Part shown: in pieces, positions 19,259 through 28,333 of the stretch
How the letters are laid out: each line of letters opens with the position of its first letter
How positions within the stretch are numbered: position 1 is the first letter of the stretch
DNA from: an uncultured Acidobacteriota bacterium
GTDB lineage: Bacteria; Acidobacteriota; Vicinamibacteria; Fen-336
Assembly (NCBI GenBank): GCA_963720545.1
Contig: OY970399.1
Location: 1,760,001-1,824,000 of the forward strand
DNA length: 64,000 bases
Direction: 5' to 3'
Notes under the pieces: generated by a model
Database searches by the model: none
What the model saw: only the letters and a program-made list of their open reading frames with translations
Told to the model about the DNA's origin: nothing
Position numbers and translations under genes: made by a program

Positions 19259-20541
19259 AACTGCGCCGCTTCGGTCGACCCCTTGAGCGCGCCGGTCGAA
19301 GTGCCCAGCACGGCAGCGACCTTGTCGAAGTAACCGGTGCCGACCTCGCGCTGGTGGCGGGTGGCGGTGTAGCCCTGGTCCTCGGCGGCGAACTCCGCCT
19401 CCTGCAGCTCGGTGTAAGCGGCCATGCCGCGCGTCCGATACTGCTGCGCGAGCGCGAAGGTCGCGTGGTTCAGCGCGTGGAACCCGGCGAGAGTCACGAA
19501 CTGGAACTTGTAGCCCATCGCGCCCAGCTCGCGTTGGAAGGTGGCGATGGTGGCGTCGTCGAGGTTCTTCTTCCAGTTGAAGGACGGCGAGCAGTTGTAG
19601 GCGAGCAGCTTGCCGGGGAAGGCGGCGTGGATGCTCGCGGCGAAGTGCCGCGCCTCGTCGAGGTCGGGCGTGGAGGTCTCGCACCAGATCAGGTCGGCGT
19701 ACGGCGCGTAGGCCAGGCCGCGCGCGATCGCGTACTCGATGCCGCCGTCGATCGGGTAGAAGCCCTCCGCGGTGCGATCGCCGGCGACGATGAACGGCCG
19801 GTCGCGCGGGTCCACGTCCGACAGCAGCAGCCGGGCGCTGTCGGCGTCGGTGCGCGCCACCAGCAGCGTCGGCACGTCCATGACGTCGGCGGCGAGCCGC
19901 GCGGCCACCAGCGTGCGCACGAACTGGCTGGTCGGCACCAGCACCTTGCCGCCGAGGTGTCCGCACTTCTTCTCCGACGCGAGCTGGTCCTCGAAATGCA
20001 CGCCGGCGGCGCCGGCCTCGATCATCGCCTTCATCAGCTCATAGGCGTTCAGCGGGCCGCCGAACCCCGCTTCGGCGTCGGCGACGATCGGCGCGTACCA
20101 GTCGCGGCCGCCCGTGCCCTCGGAGTGCTCGATCTGGTCGGCGCGCTGCAGCGCGCGGTTGATGCGCCGCACCACGGTCGGCACGCTGTCCACCGGATAG
20201 AGGCTCTGGTCGGGGTAAGTCTGGCCCGCGGAATTGGCGTCGGCAGCGACCTGCCAGCCGGAGAGGTAAATCGCCTCCAGGCCGGCGCGCACCATCTGCA
20301 CCGCCTGGTTGCCGGTGAGCGCGCCGAGCGCGTGCACGTAGGGTCGGGTGTGCAGCAGCTGCCACAGCCGTTCGGCGCCGCGCCGCGCCAGCGTGTGCTC
20401 GATGCGCAGCGAGCCGCGCAGCCGCTCGACATCCGCGGCGCCATAGGGCCGCGTGATGCCGGCGAAGCGAGCCGGGATCGTGGCTTCGAGGTGCGCGGGA
20501 AGTGCGATCGGCGCTTCGGGAACGCGGGTGGCGGTCGACAT
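19255..20541 (-). CDS. aceA: Isocitrate lyase
   Basis: [42 protein letters not shown]. Confidence 0.97.
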   Translation of the reverse strand: MSTATRVPEAPIALPAHLEATIPARFAGITRPYGAADVERLRGSLRIEHTLARRGAERLWQLLHTRPYVHALGALTGNQAVQMVRAGLEAIYLSGWQVAADANSAGQTYPDQSLYPVDSVPTVVRRINRALQRADQIEHSEGTGGRDWYAPIVADAEAGFGGPLNAYELMKAMIEAGAAGVHFEDQLASEKKCGHLGGKVLVPTSQFVRTLVAARLAADVMDVPTLLVARTDADSARLLLSDVDPRDRPFIVAGDRTAEGFYPIDGGIEYAIARGLAYAPYADLIWCETSTPDLDEARHFAASIHAAFPGKLLAYNCSPSFNWKKNLDDATIATFQRELGAMGYKFQFVTLAGFHALNHATFALAQQYRTRGMAAYTELQEAEFAAEDQGYTATRHQREVGTGYFDKVAAVLGTSTGALKGSTEAAQF

Positions 20542-20564
20542 TGCAAGGCTCCTTGTGGTCGTTG

Positions 20565-22163
20565 TCAGGCGGCGCTTTTTTGCAAGAGCAGCAGTTGGTA
20601 CGCGGGCAGCGTGAGGAATTCGGGACATTCGTCGGCGAGCACCAGGTCTTGCAGCAGCCGCGCTGCCGCGTCCAGCCGCGGCCGATCCGCGGCGCGCTCC
20701 TCGCCGAGCACGGCCAGGAAGCGCGCGGCGGTGAGCGGGGACGCGGGCTCGCCGGGAGTTTCGCTCGCGAGCGTGGCGCGGCGCTGCAGCCATTGCCACA
20801 CCTGCGCGCGGCAGATCTCCGCGGTGGCGGCGTCCTCCATGAGGTTGTCGATCGGCACGCAACCGCGGCCGTCGAGCCACGCCGCGAGATAGCGCAGAGC
20901 GACGCGGATGTTGTGGCGCAGGGCGGCGGCGGTGCGCGCGCCCGTGGGTACAGCCAACAGGTCGGCGGCGGTCACGTCCACGTCCGCGCGCAGCACCGCC
21001 AGCTGGTTGGGCCCGCTCATGTGCGCGTCGAAAACCTGGTGCGCGAGCGCGACCAGCCCCGGATGCGCCACCCACGTGCCATCGTGGCCGTCCTGCACCT
21101 CGCGCAGCTTGTCGGCGCGGACCTTGTCGAGCGCCGCCTCATTGGCGGCCGGGTTGTCCTTCACCGGGATGAACGCGGACATGCCGCCGATCGCGAACGC
21201 GCCGCGGCGATGGCAGGTGCGCACCAGCAGCTGCGTGTAGGAGCGCAGGAAGTGCTGGTCCATCGTCACCTCGGCGCGATCGGGCAGCACGAACGAGGGC
21301 TCGGCGCGGCGCGTCTTGATGGTGCTGAAGATGTAGTCCCAGCGGCCGCAGTTGAGCCCCGCGGAATGATCCTGCAGTTCGAACAGGATCTCGTCCATTT
21401 CGAAGGCGGCCGGCAGCGTCTCGATGAGGACGGTGGCGCGCATCGAGCCGCGCGCTATCCCGAGCGCGCGCTGCGCGTGCACGAACACGTCGTTCCACCA
21501 GCGCGCTTCGAGGTGACTTTGCAGCTTCGGCAGGTAGAAATACGGCCCCGCGCCGCGGAACAGCAGCTCGGCGGCGTTGTGGAAGGCGAACAGGCCGAAG
21601 TCGAAAAGGCACGCCGGCACGCTTTCGCCGTCCACCAGCACGTGGTTCTCGCGCAGGTGCAGGCCGCGCGGGCGCACCATGAGGGCGGCGGTCTTGGCCG
21701 CCAGCTGGTAGTCGCGTCCGGTGCGCGGATCGATGAAGCGCAGGCCGCGGCGCACCGCCTGGTGCAGGCTCGCCTGCCCTTCGAGCAGATTCTCCCAGGT
21801 CGGCGAGGTGGCGTCTTCGAAGTCGGCCATGAAGACGTCGGCGCCGGAGTTGAGCGCATTGATGACGGTCTTCGGGTCGGTGGGCCCCGTGATCTCGACC
21901 TTGCGGCAGTGCAGCGGCCGTGGCGCGGGCGCCACGCTCCACTCCGAGCGCCGCACTTCAGCGGTCGCGGCCAGGAAATCGAGCGGCTCGCCGCGATCGA
22001 TCCGTAGCTGACGGGCTTGCCGCTCCTCGAGAAGTTCGCGCAGCCGCGGACGAAAGGCTCGAACCAGTTCGAGCAGGAATTCGAGGGCGGCCGGCGTCAG
22101 GATGAGCCGCGAATTGAGATCGTGGTGAGCGTCTTCCAGTTGAAGCATTGGCTTGCGTGACAA
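20565..22163 (-). CDS. aceB: Malate synthase A
   Basis: [45 protein letters not shown]; start TTG 22163 or ATG 22148. Confidence 0.95.
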   Translation of the reverse strand: MSRKPMLQLEDAHHDLNSRLILTPAALEFLLELVRAFRPRLRELLEERQARQLRIDRGEPLDFLAATAEVRRSEWSVAPAPRPLHCRKVEITGPTDPKTVINALNSGADVFMADFEDATSPTWENLLEGQASLHQAVRRGLRFIDPRTGRDYQLAAKTAALMVRPRGLHLRENHVLVDGESVPACLFDFGLFAFHNAAELLFRGAGPYFYLPKLQSHLEARWWNDVFVHAQRALGIARGSMRATVLIETLPAAFEMDEILFELQDHSAGLNCGRWDYIFSTIKTRRAEPSFVLPDRAEVTMDQHFLRSYTQLLVRTCHRRGAFAIGGMSAFIPVKDNPAANEAALDKVRADKLREVQDGHDGTWVAHPGLVALAHQVFDAHMSGPNQLAVLRADVDVTAADLLAVPTGARTAAALRHNIRVALRYLAAWLDGRGCVPIDNLMEDAATAEICRAQVWQWLQRRATLASETPGEPASPLTAARFLAVLGEERAADRPRLDAAARLLQDLVLADECPEFLTLPAYQLLLLQKSAA

Positions 22164-22258
22164 TATGCGTTATCGATCGCGCTATGTCCATAACGTATTG
22201 ACCTGTATCAGTTACGCACGTCGCTGTCTGTAAGCAACGTGTTGTCAATCGGTAAAGG

Positions 22259-22288
22259 TTGAAAATCTATCGGCGAATCGTCTACGCT
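22259..22288 (+). promoter_or_regulatory. Candidate sigma70 promoter for the RamB-type regulator (TTGAAA-18-TACGCT) in the AT-rich divergent spacer
   Basis: Similarity to the consensus and position only. Confidence 0.4.
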
Positions 22289-22299
22289 TTGGCGTCCCC

Positions 22300-23751
22300 A
22301 TGGCCGACAAACTGTTGCTTGGCGCCAAGATCCGGTCGCTGCGCCGCCGTGAGGGTTGGACGCAGGCCGACCTCGCCGCCCGTCTCGAGGTGTCGCCGTC
22401 CTACCTCAACCTCATCGAGCACAACCGCCGCGGTGTGACGGCCGAGATCCTGGTGAAGCTCGCGCGGCTCTTCTCCTGGGACCTCAAGGCCTTGTCCGGC
22501 GACGACGACGCGCGCCTTTCCGCCGAGCTGCTCGAGGCGTTCGGCGATTCTCTCTTCGAAGCGCAGGACCTGCAGGCCGCCGAAATCCGCGACCTCGCGC
22601 AGCTGTCGCCCGCGGTGGGACGTTCGGTGCTCGCCTTGTACCGCGCCTACCGCGACATGCGCGAATCGACCGAGAGCCTGGCCGCGCGCATGTCCGAGGG
22701 GCAGGACGGAGCCGCCGGCATCGGCCTCGAGCGCTCGCTGCTGCCCTCGGAGGAGGTCACCGACTTCATCCAGGGCCGCGGCAATTACTTCGCTGCGCTG
22801 GAAGACGGCGCCGAGCTGCTGCGCAACTCGGGCCTGCTCGCCGGCGATCTGTTCGAAGGCATGGTCCGCTATCTCGACGATCACTTCCACGTGGACGTCA
22901 CGGTCGAGACGGTGGCGGCGATGCACGGCGCGGTGCGCCGCTATGACCCGCGCAAGCGGGTGCTGCACCTGTCCGAGTCGCTGCGCCGCGGCAGCCGCAA
23001 CTTCCAGGTGGCCTATCAAGTGGGCCTGCTCACCCAGGGGGAGCTGATCGAGCAGCTGGCGCGCGATCCGCTCCTCACGGGCGACGAGTCGCGCTCGCTG
23101 GCGCGGGTGGCCCTCGCCAACTATTTCGCCGGCGCGCTGCTGATGCCGTACGCCCGCTTCCTCGAGGAGGCGGAGGCCGAACGCTACGATATCGAAGTGC
23201 TCGGCAACCGCTTCCGCACCAGCTTCGAGCAGGTGTGCCATCGCCTCACCACGCTGCACCGCCCGGGCGCCGAGGGCGTGCCGTTCCACCTGGTGCGCAT
23301 CGACGTGGCCGGCAACATCTCGAAGCGCTTCTCCGCGTCGGGCCTGCGCTTCGCGCGCTTCAGCGGGGCCTGCCCGCGCTGGAACGTGTTCGCTTCGTTC
23401 GTCACTCCCGGCATGACGCGCACCCAGATCTCGCAGATGCCGGACGGCACCACCTACTTCTGGATGGCGCGCGCGCTGCGCAAGGGCGCCTTCGGCCATC
23501 ACGCGCCGCACACGATGTTCGCGATCGCGCTCGGCTGCGAGATCCGCCACGCGCACCGGCTGGTGTACGCCGACGGCGTCAACCTCGCGAGCCGCGAGGC
23601 GGTGGTGCCCGTGGGCATCACCTGCCGCATCTGCGAGCGCCACGACTGCGAGCAGCGGGCCTTTCCCGCCATCCAGTCGCCGCTGCGCATCGACGAGAAT
23701 GTCCGCGGCGTCTCGTTCTACGCGCCCGTCATCGACCCGCCCAGTTCATGA
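22300..23751 (+). CDS. ramB: XRE-family short-chain fatty acyl-CoA regulator (RamB/PrpR/ScfR type)
   Basis: N-terminal HTH (SPSYLNLIEHNRR), ANYFAGALLMPY, SFEQVCHRL, GACPRWN, C-terminal CRICERHDC; divergent from aceBA. Confidence 0.88.
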   Translation: MADKLLLGAKIRSLRRREGWTQADLAARLEVSPSYLNLIEHNRRGVTAEILVKLARLFSWDLKALSGDDDARLSAELLEAFGDSLFEAQDLQAAEIRDLAQLSPAVGRSVLALYRAYRDMRESTESLAARMSEGQDGAAGIGLERSLLPSEEVTDFIQGRGNYFAALEDGAELLRNSGLLAGDLFEGMVRYLDDHFHVDVTVETVAAMHGAVRRYDPRKRVLHLSESLRRGSRNFQVAYQVGLLTQGELIEQLARDPLLTGDESRSLARVALANYFAGALLMPYARFLEEAEAERYDIEVLGNRFRTSFEQVCHRLTTLHRPGAEGVPFHLVRIDVAGNISKRFSASGLRFARFSGACPRWNVFASFVTPGMTRTQISQMPDGTTYFWMARALRKGAFGHHAPHTMFAIALGCEIRHAHRLVYADGVNLASREAVVPVGITCRICERHDCEQRAFPAIQSPLRIDENVRGVSFYAPVIDPPSS

Positions 23752-24248
23752 GCGCCACCGCCGTCCGCCTCGCGGGCCTCGCCGGAACCGCCGCTTATTG
23801 CGGGTTGATCGCGTGGCTCTACGTGTCGCAGCCGCAGACGGTCGCCGAGATCACCGGCGGCCTGTCGGCGCAGGTGGGCGCGTACCAGATCGACCAGGCC
23901 GCATTCGCGGACGGCCTGGCCCTCTTTCGTGAAGACGCGTTCGTGGCGGCGCGCTCGGCGTTCGCGCGCGCCGATCCGGCGAACCGGGACGCCGTCACCC
24001 AGTTCTACGTCGCCTACAGCTTCTATCGGCAGGGCTTCGGCCGGATCCGCAACGACCGCGCGCTTTTCCGCGAGGGCCTGACGGCGCTCGAGCGCGCGAC
24101 CGCGGCGGCGCCGGGTGGCGCGGTGCGCGTGGCCGATCCCAGCCTGGCGCTGCACACCGCCGACGAACTGCGTGCGGAGCTGCAGGCGGGGCTTGTCAGC
24201 GACGCGTCCGACCTGAACCCGCTGCGCCTTTTCGAGCCGCGCAAGTGA
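23748..24248 (+). CDS. Hypothetical protein with N-terminal TM helix and TPR-like helices
   Basis: ATGA overlap with ramB; hydrophobic N-terminus; ARSAFARAD..QFYVAYSFY. Confidence 0.7.
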   Translation: MSATAVRLAGLAGTAAYCGLIAWLYVSQPQTVAEITGGLSAQVGAYQIDQAAFADGLALFREDAFVAARSAFARADPANRDAVTQFYVAYSFYRQGFGRIRNDRALFREGLTALERATAAAPGGAVRVADPSLALHTADELRAELQAGLVSDASDLNPLRLFEPRK

Positions 24249-24916
24249 CGACGGAGCCGAAGTCGCAGGCGGTGCGCGAGGCGCTGGTGCTGCCGGCGCT
24301 GTTCCTGACGAGCTTCCTCGCCGGCGGCTTCCGCGGCGGCAGCAGCGTACGCCTGGTGCCACCGGCGCTCACCGCGTTGGTGCTCGGGGCGCTCCTCGTG
24401 GCCGCGCTGCTGCGCTCGGGCGTTTGGGTACCGGCGCATTTCGTCTCGCCGCGGCGGCCGGGGCTTGCCAACGCGTCCGGGCTCGTCGCCAGCGCGGCGA
24501 TGCTGCTCGCCTCGGCGCAGGCGCTGAACGTAGTGATGCCGGAAGACGGCCTGCTGCACGCGGCGTTCGCGGTGCTGCTGGCGGTGCAGCTGCTGACGAC
24601 GCTTGCTGCCTTGCGCGACCGCGCCGCGCTGCTGCGCAGCCTGGCCACGCTCCTCGGCTGCGCGTTCGTGCTGCGCTTCATCGTCCTCGAATCGCTGTTC
24701 GCGCCCCGGCCCGGCTGGCTGAAGCGCGTGCTGGCAGCGGCGCTCGAGGGCGTGTCACTCGGCACGTTGTCGTACTCGCCGACCGGAACCGTCGCCGGCT
24801 ACACCGCGTTCGCCGCGCTCTGCCTCTACTTGTGGGGTCTCTTCCTGATGGGGGCGCCGGGCGGCGCTGGCACTGTCACTCTCGACGACGAGCGCCATCG
24901 GCTCCCGGAGGCCTGA
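24245..24916 (+). CDS. Hypothetical polytopic membrane protein
   Basis: About 6 hydrophobic segments; GTGA overlap upstream and TGATG overlap downstream. Confidence 0.72.
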   Translation: MTTEPKSQAVREALVLPALFLTSFLAGGFRGGSSVRLVPPALTALVLGALLVAALLRSGVWVPAHFVSPRRPGLANASGLVASAAMLLASAQALNVVMPEDGLLHAAFAVLLAVQLLTTLAALRDRAALLRSLATLLGCAFVLRFIVLESLFAPRPGWLKRVLAAALEGVSLGTLSYSPTGTVAGYTAFAALCLYLWGLFLMGAPGGAGTVTLDDERHRLPEA

Positions 24917-25911
24917 TGCTGCCCGCCACGATGCAGGCGATCGCGATCCGCGAACCTGGCGGCCCGGAAGTGCTCGCGCTGGTCACGCGCGCGGTGCCGG
25001 AGCCAGGCCAGGGCGAAATCCTGATCGCGGTCCGCGCGGCGAGCGTCAACCGTCCCGACATCCTGCAGCGCATGGGCCGCTACGCGTTGCAGCCGGGCGC
25101 GTCCGATCTGCCCGGCCTCGACGTCGCAGGCACGGTCGCAGCGGTCGGTCCTGGGGTCGAACGATTCAAGGAAGGCGACCGGGTGTGCGCGCTGCTCGCG
25201 GGCGGCGGCTATGCGGAGTACTGCGTCGCGCCCGAAGTGCAGGCGCTGCCGGTTCCGGGCGGCCTCGATTTCACCGCCGCCGCCGCGCTGCCCGAGACCA
25301 CGTTCACGGTCTGGGCCAATGTTTTCGAGTCGGGAGCGCTGGTTGCCGGCGAGTCTTTCCTGGTGCACGGCGGCACCAGCGGCATCGGCACCACGGCGAT
25401 AGCACTCGCCAGCGCCTTCGGAGCGCGCGTGTTCGCAACCGCCGGTTCCGCCGCGAAGTGCGAAGCCTGCGTGCGCCTCGGCGCCGAGCGTGCCGTCAAC
25501 TACAAGGACGATGACTTCGTCGCGGCGCTGCAGCAGGCGACCGGCGGACGCGGCGTGGACGTCATCCTCGACATGGTCGGCGGCGACTACACCGCGCGCA
25601 ACCTGAAGCTGCTCGCGCCGCGCGGGCGCCTGGTGCAGATCGCCTACTTGCGCGGGGCGCGCGCCGAGATCGACTGGAGCGTGATCATGGCGAAGGGGCT
25701 GACGCTTGGCGGCAGCTTGCTGCGCCCGCGCAGCGTCGCCGAGAAGGGTCGCATCGCCGCCGCCGTCCTGCGGCACGTGTGGCCGCTGGTCGAGTCCGGG
25801 GCGTTCGTGCCGGTGGTCCATCAGGCGCTGCCGCTGGCGCACGCCCGCGAAGCGCACGAGCTGATGGAGTCGGGCGCGCACGTCGGCAAGATCGTTCTGA
25901 CGATCGGCTAG
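24916..25911 (+). CDS. NAD(P)H:quinone oxidoreductase (zeta-crystallin/PIG3-type MDR)
   Basis: GGPEVL, VNRPD, GGYAEY, HGGTSGIG, GKIVL. Confidence 0.92.
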   Translation: MLPATMQAIAIREPGGPEVLALVTRAVPEPGQGEILIAVRAASVNRPDILQRMGRYALQPGASDLPGLDVAGTVAAVGPGVERFKEGDRVCALLAGGGYAEYCVAPEVQALPVPGGLDFTAAAALPETTFTVWANVFESGALVAGESFLVHGGTSGIGTTAIALASAFGARVFATAGSAAKCEACVRLGAERAVNYKDDDFVAALQQATGGRGVDVILDMVGGDYTARNLKLLAPRGRLVQIAYLRGARAEIDWSVIMAKGLTLGGSLLRPRSVAEKGRIAAAVLRHVWPLVESGAFVPVVHQALPLAHAREAHELMESGAHVGKIVLTIG

Positions 25912-25920
25912 CTGGTCCCG

Positions 25921-26349
25921 CTACTTCAGCTGCACCAGCGCCATAGGGCTGCGCTCCCAGGTGGCGCAGAGGATCCACCAGCGGCCCGAGTCCTTCAGCA
26001 GGTGCAGGTGATTGGTGCCGGTGTAGAGCACATCGCCGTCGGGAGTGAGGCGCGCCGCGTAGTTCGACATCACCGAGGCGACGTCGCCCGTGATGTGTTC
26101 TTCGCGTGACGTCTCGACTTCGAAGAAGCCGTGCTCGCACAGCGGCGCGTCGGCTTCGCGGCGGAACTCCTGCGGAGTCTGCGAGCGCACCAGGAAGCGG
26201 CCGTCGGCCTGGCGCTGCGCGATGTTGAAGCGGCAGGTCGGCCACAGGTCGCGTTCGTTGGACTGCCAGTCGCGCGGCGCGCCCTTCGGCCCCGAGATCG
26301 ACGCATACAAGTCGTGGATGACGTCGGCAATGGTGCGCGACTCGGTCAT
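25921..26349 (-). CDS. NTF2/SnoaL-like fold hypothetical protein
   Basis: LYASISGPKG..RDW, GFFEVE, GTNHLHLLKDSGRWWI; ATGA overlap with the pseudokinase stop. Confidence 0.72.
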   Translation of the reverse strand: MTESRTIADVIHDLYASISGPKGAPRDWQSNERDLWPTCRFNIAQRQADGRFLVRSQTPQEFRREADAPLCEHGFFEVETSREEHITGDVASVMSNYAARLTPDGDVLYTGTNHLHLLKDSGRWWILCATWERSPMALVQLK

Positions 26350-28256
26350 GAAAGCGCCTCCAGCATTTGTTGGCCCGACGGAAAGCGCAGCGTGCGATCG
26401 GGGTGCAGCGCGCGGATCACGAGCCGGTCGAACCACTCCGGGATCTTCGCGTCGAAGCGGCTCGGCAGCGGCAGCCCCACGCCCTGCGGCTGCGAGCGCG
26501 GCTCGAGGCCGCAGACGAGGTGGTAGAGCACGGCGCCCAGCGAATAGACGTCGGCGGTGGTGTCGAGGGTGCGCTCGGGCGCCTGGTAGCGCGGATCGCT
26601 GGCGGCAGCGGCAACGACGACGCGGCCGAGGCCGATGTCGGCGAGCTTGATGACGCCGGCCTTCATCATGATGTTGGACGGCTGGATGGAGCCGTGCACG
26701 AAGCCGCGCTCGTGCAGGTAGGCGAGCGCCGGCACCAGCGAGCGCGCCACCTTGAGCGCCTTGCCGAAGGGCATCTTCTGGCCGGCGCGCAGCGGGCCGG
26801 CGAGGGTGCGCGCGTCGGCGAGGAATTCGCTCACCACACAAGCGCGGTCGTCGATCTCGTCGAAGCCGAACACCTTGACCAGGTGCTGGTGCTCGAGCGC
26901 CGCGGCGCGCGTGGCATCCTCGGCGACGCCGGCGCGCAGCTGCTGGTCCGCCATCAGCTCGCGCGGCAGCACCCGCAGCGCCACCTCGATGCCGAGGTCG
27001 CGGTCCTCGGCGCGGAACACGATGCCGAGCGGGCCGCGGCCCACTTCTTCCTTCGGCTCGAAGCGCGGCGCCACGTTCACCGGGATGGTGACCGTGAGGT
27101 TGGCGGGCGCGGGCTCGATGCGCGCGGCGGTGCTTTGGTCGCCGGCGCGCTCGTAGGCGCGCGCCGCGTGGCGATCGAGCCCGGCGCGCAGGTAGGCGGC
27201 GCCGGCGGCAGCGAAGTCGCCGGCGTCCTCGAGCGCCGCCGCGGCGCGGTCGGCCATGCCCTGCTGCTCGAAGAGCTCGGCGGCGCGGCGGAACTCGCCG
27301 CCTTTCTGGAAGTACGACGCCGCCTCGGCGACACGATCACCGGCGAGCGCCGCCGCCGCGCGCAGCAGTGCGCCGCGCGCCATGTCGCCGCCGCGCTCGC
27401 GCGCTTCGGCGGCGGCCAGCAGGTCGCCGGCGGCGATGAAGAACTCGGCGGCCTGGTCGGGATCGTGCAATGCCGCGGCGGTCGCCGCAGCCTCGCGCAT
27501 GTAGAGCCCGCGCGCGTACACCTGCTGCGCGCGGCTTTGCAGCCCGGCCTGCTCGAAAAGCTTGCCGGCGAGCAGCGCGCTGCGGCGCTCCACCTCGGCC
27601 ATCTTCGTGGCATCGACGGCGCTCGCGAGCTTCTGCCAGAAGTCGCGCTCGTACGACTCGGCGGCGTCCTTGTAGCGGCCCGCCCGCTGGAACGCCTCGG
27701 CCGCGCGCACGTGGTAGCCGGCCTGCTCGAACAGCTCGGCCGCCTTCGCCTCCTGACCGTCCTGCGCATAGAAGCGCGCCGCCTCCACCGCATTGCCGCG
27801 CTCGTGATAGAGCTCGGCGGCCCGGTCGGCGCGGCCGGCGGAAGCGAACAGGTCGCCGGCCTTGCGGTAGTCGCCGGCCTTGCGGTACAGCTCGGCGGCC
27901 GACTCCCGCTGACCCTGGTGCTCGCGCACCGCCGCGGCGTGATAGTAGTCACCGCCCTGCAGGTAGCTTTCGCCGGCATCGGTCAGGAGGCCCGCCGATT
28001 CGAAAGCTTTCGCGGCGCCGATGAAGTCGTTCTGGCGCCGGAGGCTCTGCGCCTCGCGCACGGCCTGGCTGCGGACGAAGCCCGTGCCGAACAGCCGGGC
28101 GATCCGCCGCGGAATGCGAATGGCCGGCAACCGGACGCGGGGGCGGAGCAGCCAGAAAAGCAGCGCGGCGACAGCCGCCACCCCGATCCAGGGCAGATAA
28201 GGCAAGGCGCCGAGGCTCTGGACCAGGTCTTCCAAGGGGTGTGATGTGTGTACCAA
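26346..28256 (-). CDS. Membrane-anchored TPR/SNAP-like repeat protein with a C-terminal degenerate (pseudo) Ser/Thr kinase domain
   Basis: N-terminal TM; many AAELY/F..AG repeats; kinase fold with VALR, HGSIQPSN, DIG, APE, DVYSLG; exact start uncertain. Confidence 0.85.
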   Translation of the reverse strand: MVHTSHPLEDLVQSLGALPYLPWIGVAAVAALLFWLLRPRVRLPAIRIPRRIARLFGTGFVRSQAVREAQSLRRQNDFIGAAKAFESAGLLTDAGESYLQGGDYYHAAAVREHQGQRESAAELYRKAGDYRKAGDLFASAGRADRAAELYHERGNAVEAARFYAQDGQEAKAAELFEQAGYHVRAAEAFQRAGRYKDAAESYERDFWQKLASAVDATKMAEVERRSALLAGKLFEQAGLQSRAQQVYARGLYMREAAATAAALHDPDQAAEFFIAAGDLLAAAEARERGGDMARGALLRAAAALAGDRVAEAASYFQKGGEFRRAAELFEQQGMADRAAAALEDAGDFAAAGAAYLRAGLDRHAARAYERAGDQSTAARIEPAPANLTVTIPVNVAPRFEPKEEVGRGPLGIVFRAEDRDLGIEVALRVLPRELMADQQLRAGVAEDATRAAALEHQHLVKVFGFDEIDDRACVVSEFLADARTLAGPLRAGQKMPFGKALKVARSLVPALAYLHERGFVHGSIQPSNIMMKAGVIKLADIGLGRVVVAAAASDPRYQAPERTLDTTADVYSLGAVLYHLVCGLEPRSQPQGVGLPLPSRFDAKIPEWFDRLVIRALHPDRTLRFPSGQQMLEALS

Positions 28257-28275
28257 GGGTACGCAGCGGCGAGGG

Positions 28276-28285
28276 GAGTATACTC
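28276..28285. promoter_or_regulatory. Palindrome GAGTATACTC giving a TATACT -10 on both strands; candidate bidirectional promoter
   Basis: Lies in the short spacer between the two divergent kinase genes. Confidence 0.55.
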
Positions 28286-28333
28286 TTCCGTATCCTTCGC
28301 CAGCCTTCGCTCGCGGCGGAGAGCTATCCCTCT

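Noticed and set aside
20541..20587. TTGCAAG twice near the aceA start, resembling RamB/PrpR TTTGCAAA boxes
   Set aside because: Imperfect matches, one inside the aceB coding sequence and one touching the start codon; too weak to call.
22239..22248. 10-mer GTGTTGTCAA shared with 52641-52650
   Set aside because: It contains TTGACA on the minus strand, so a generic -35-like element or chance explains it. There is no evidence of a shared regulon.
26346..28256. Calling the degenerate kinase a pseudogene
   Set aside because: The ORF is intact, coupled to the downstream gene and keeps the structural kinase motifs, so it is treated as a pseudokinase CDS.
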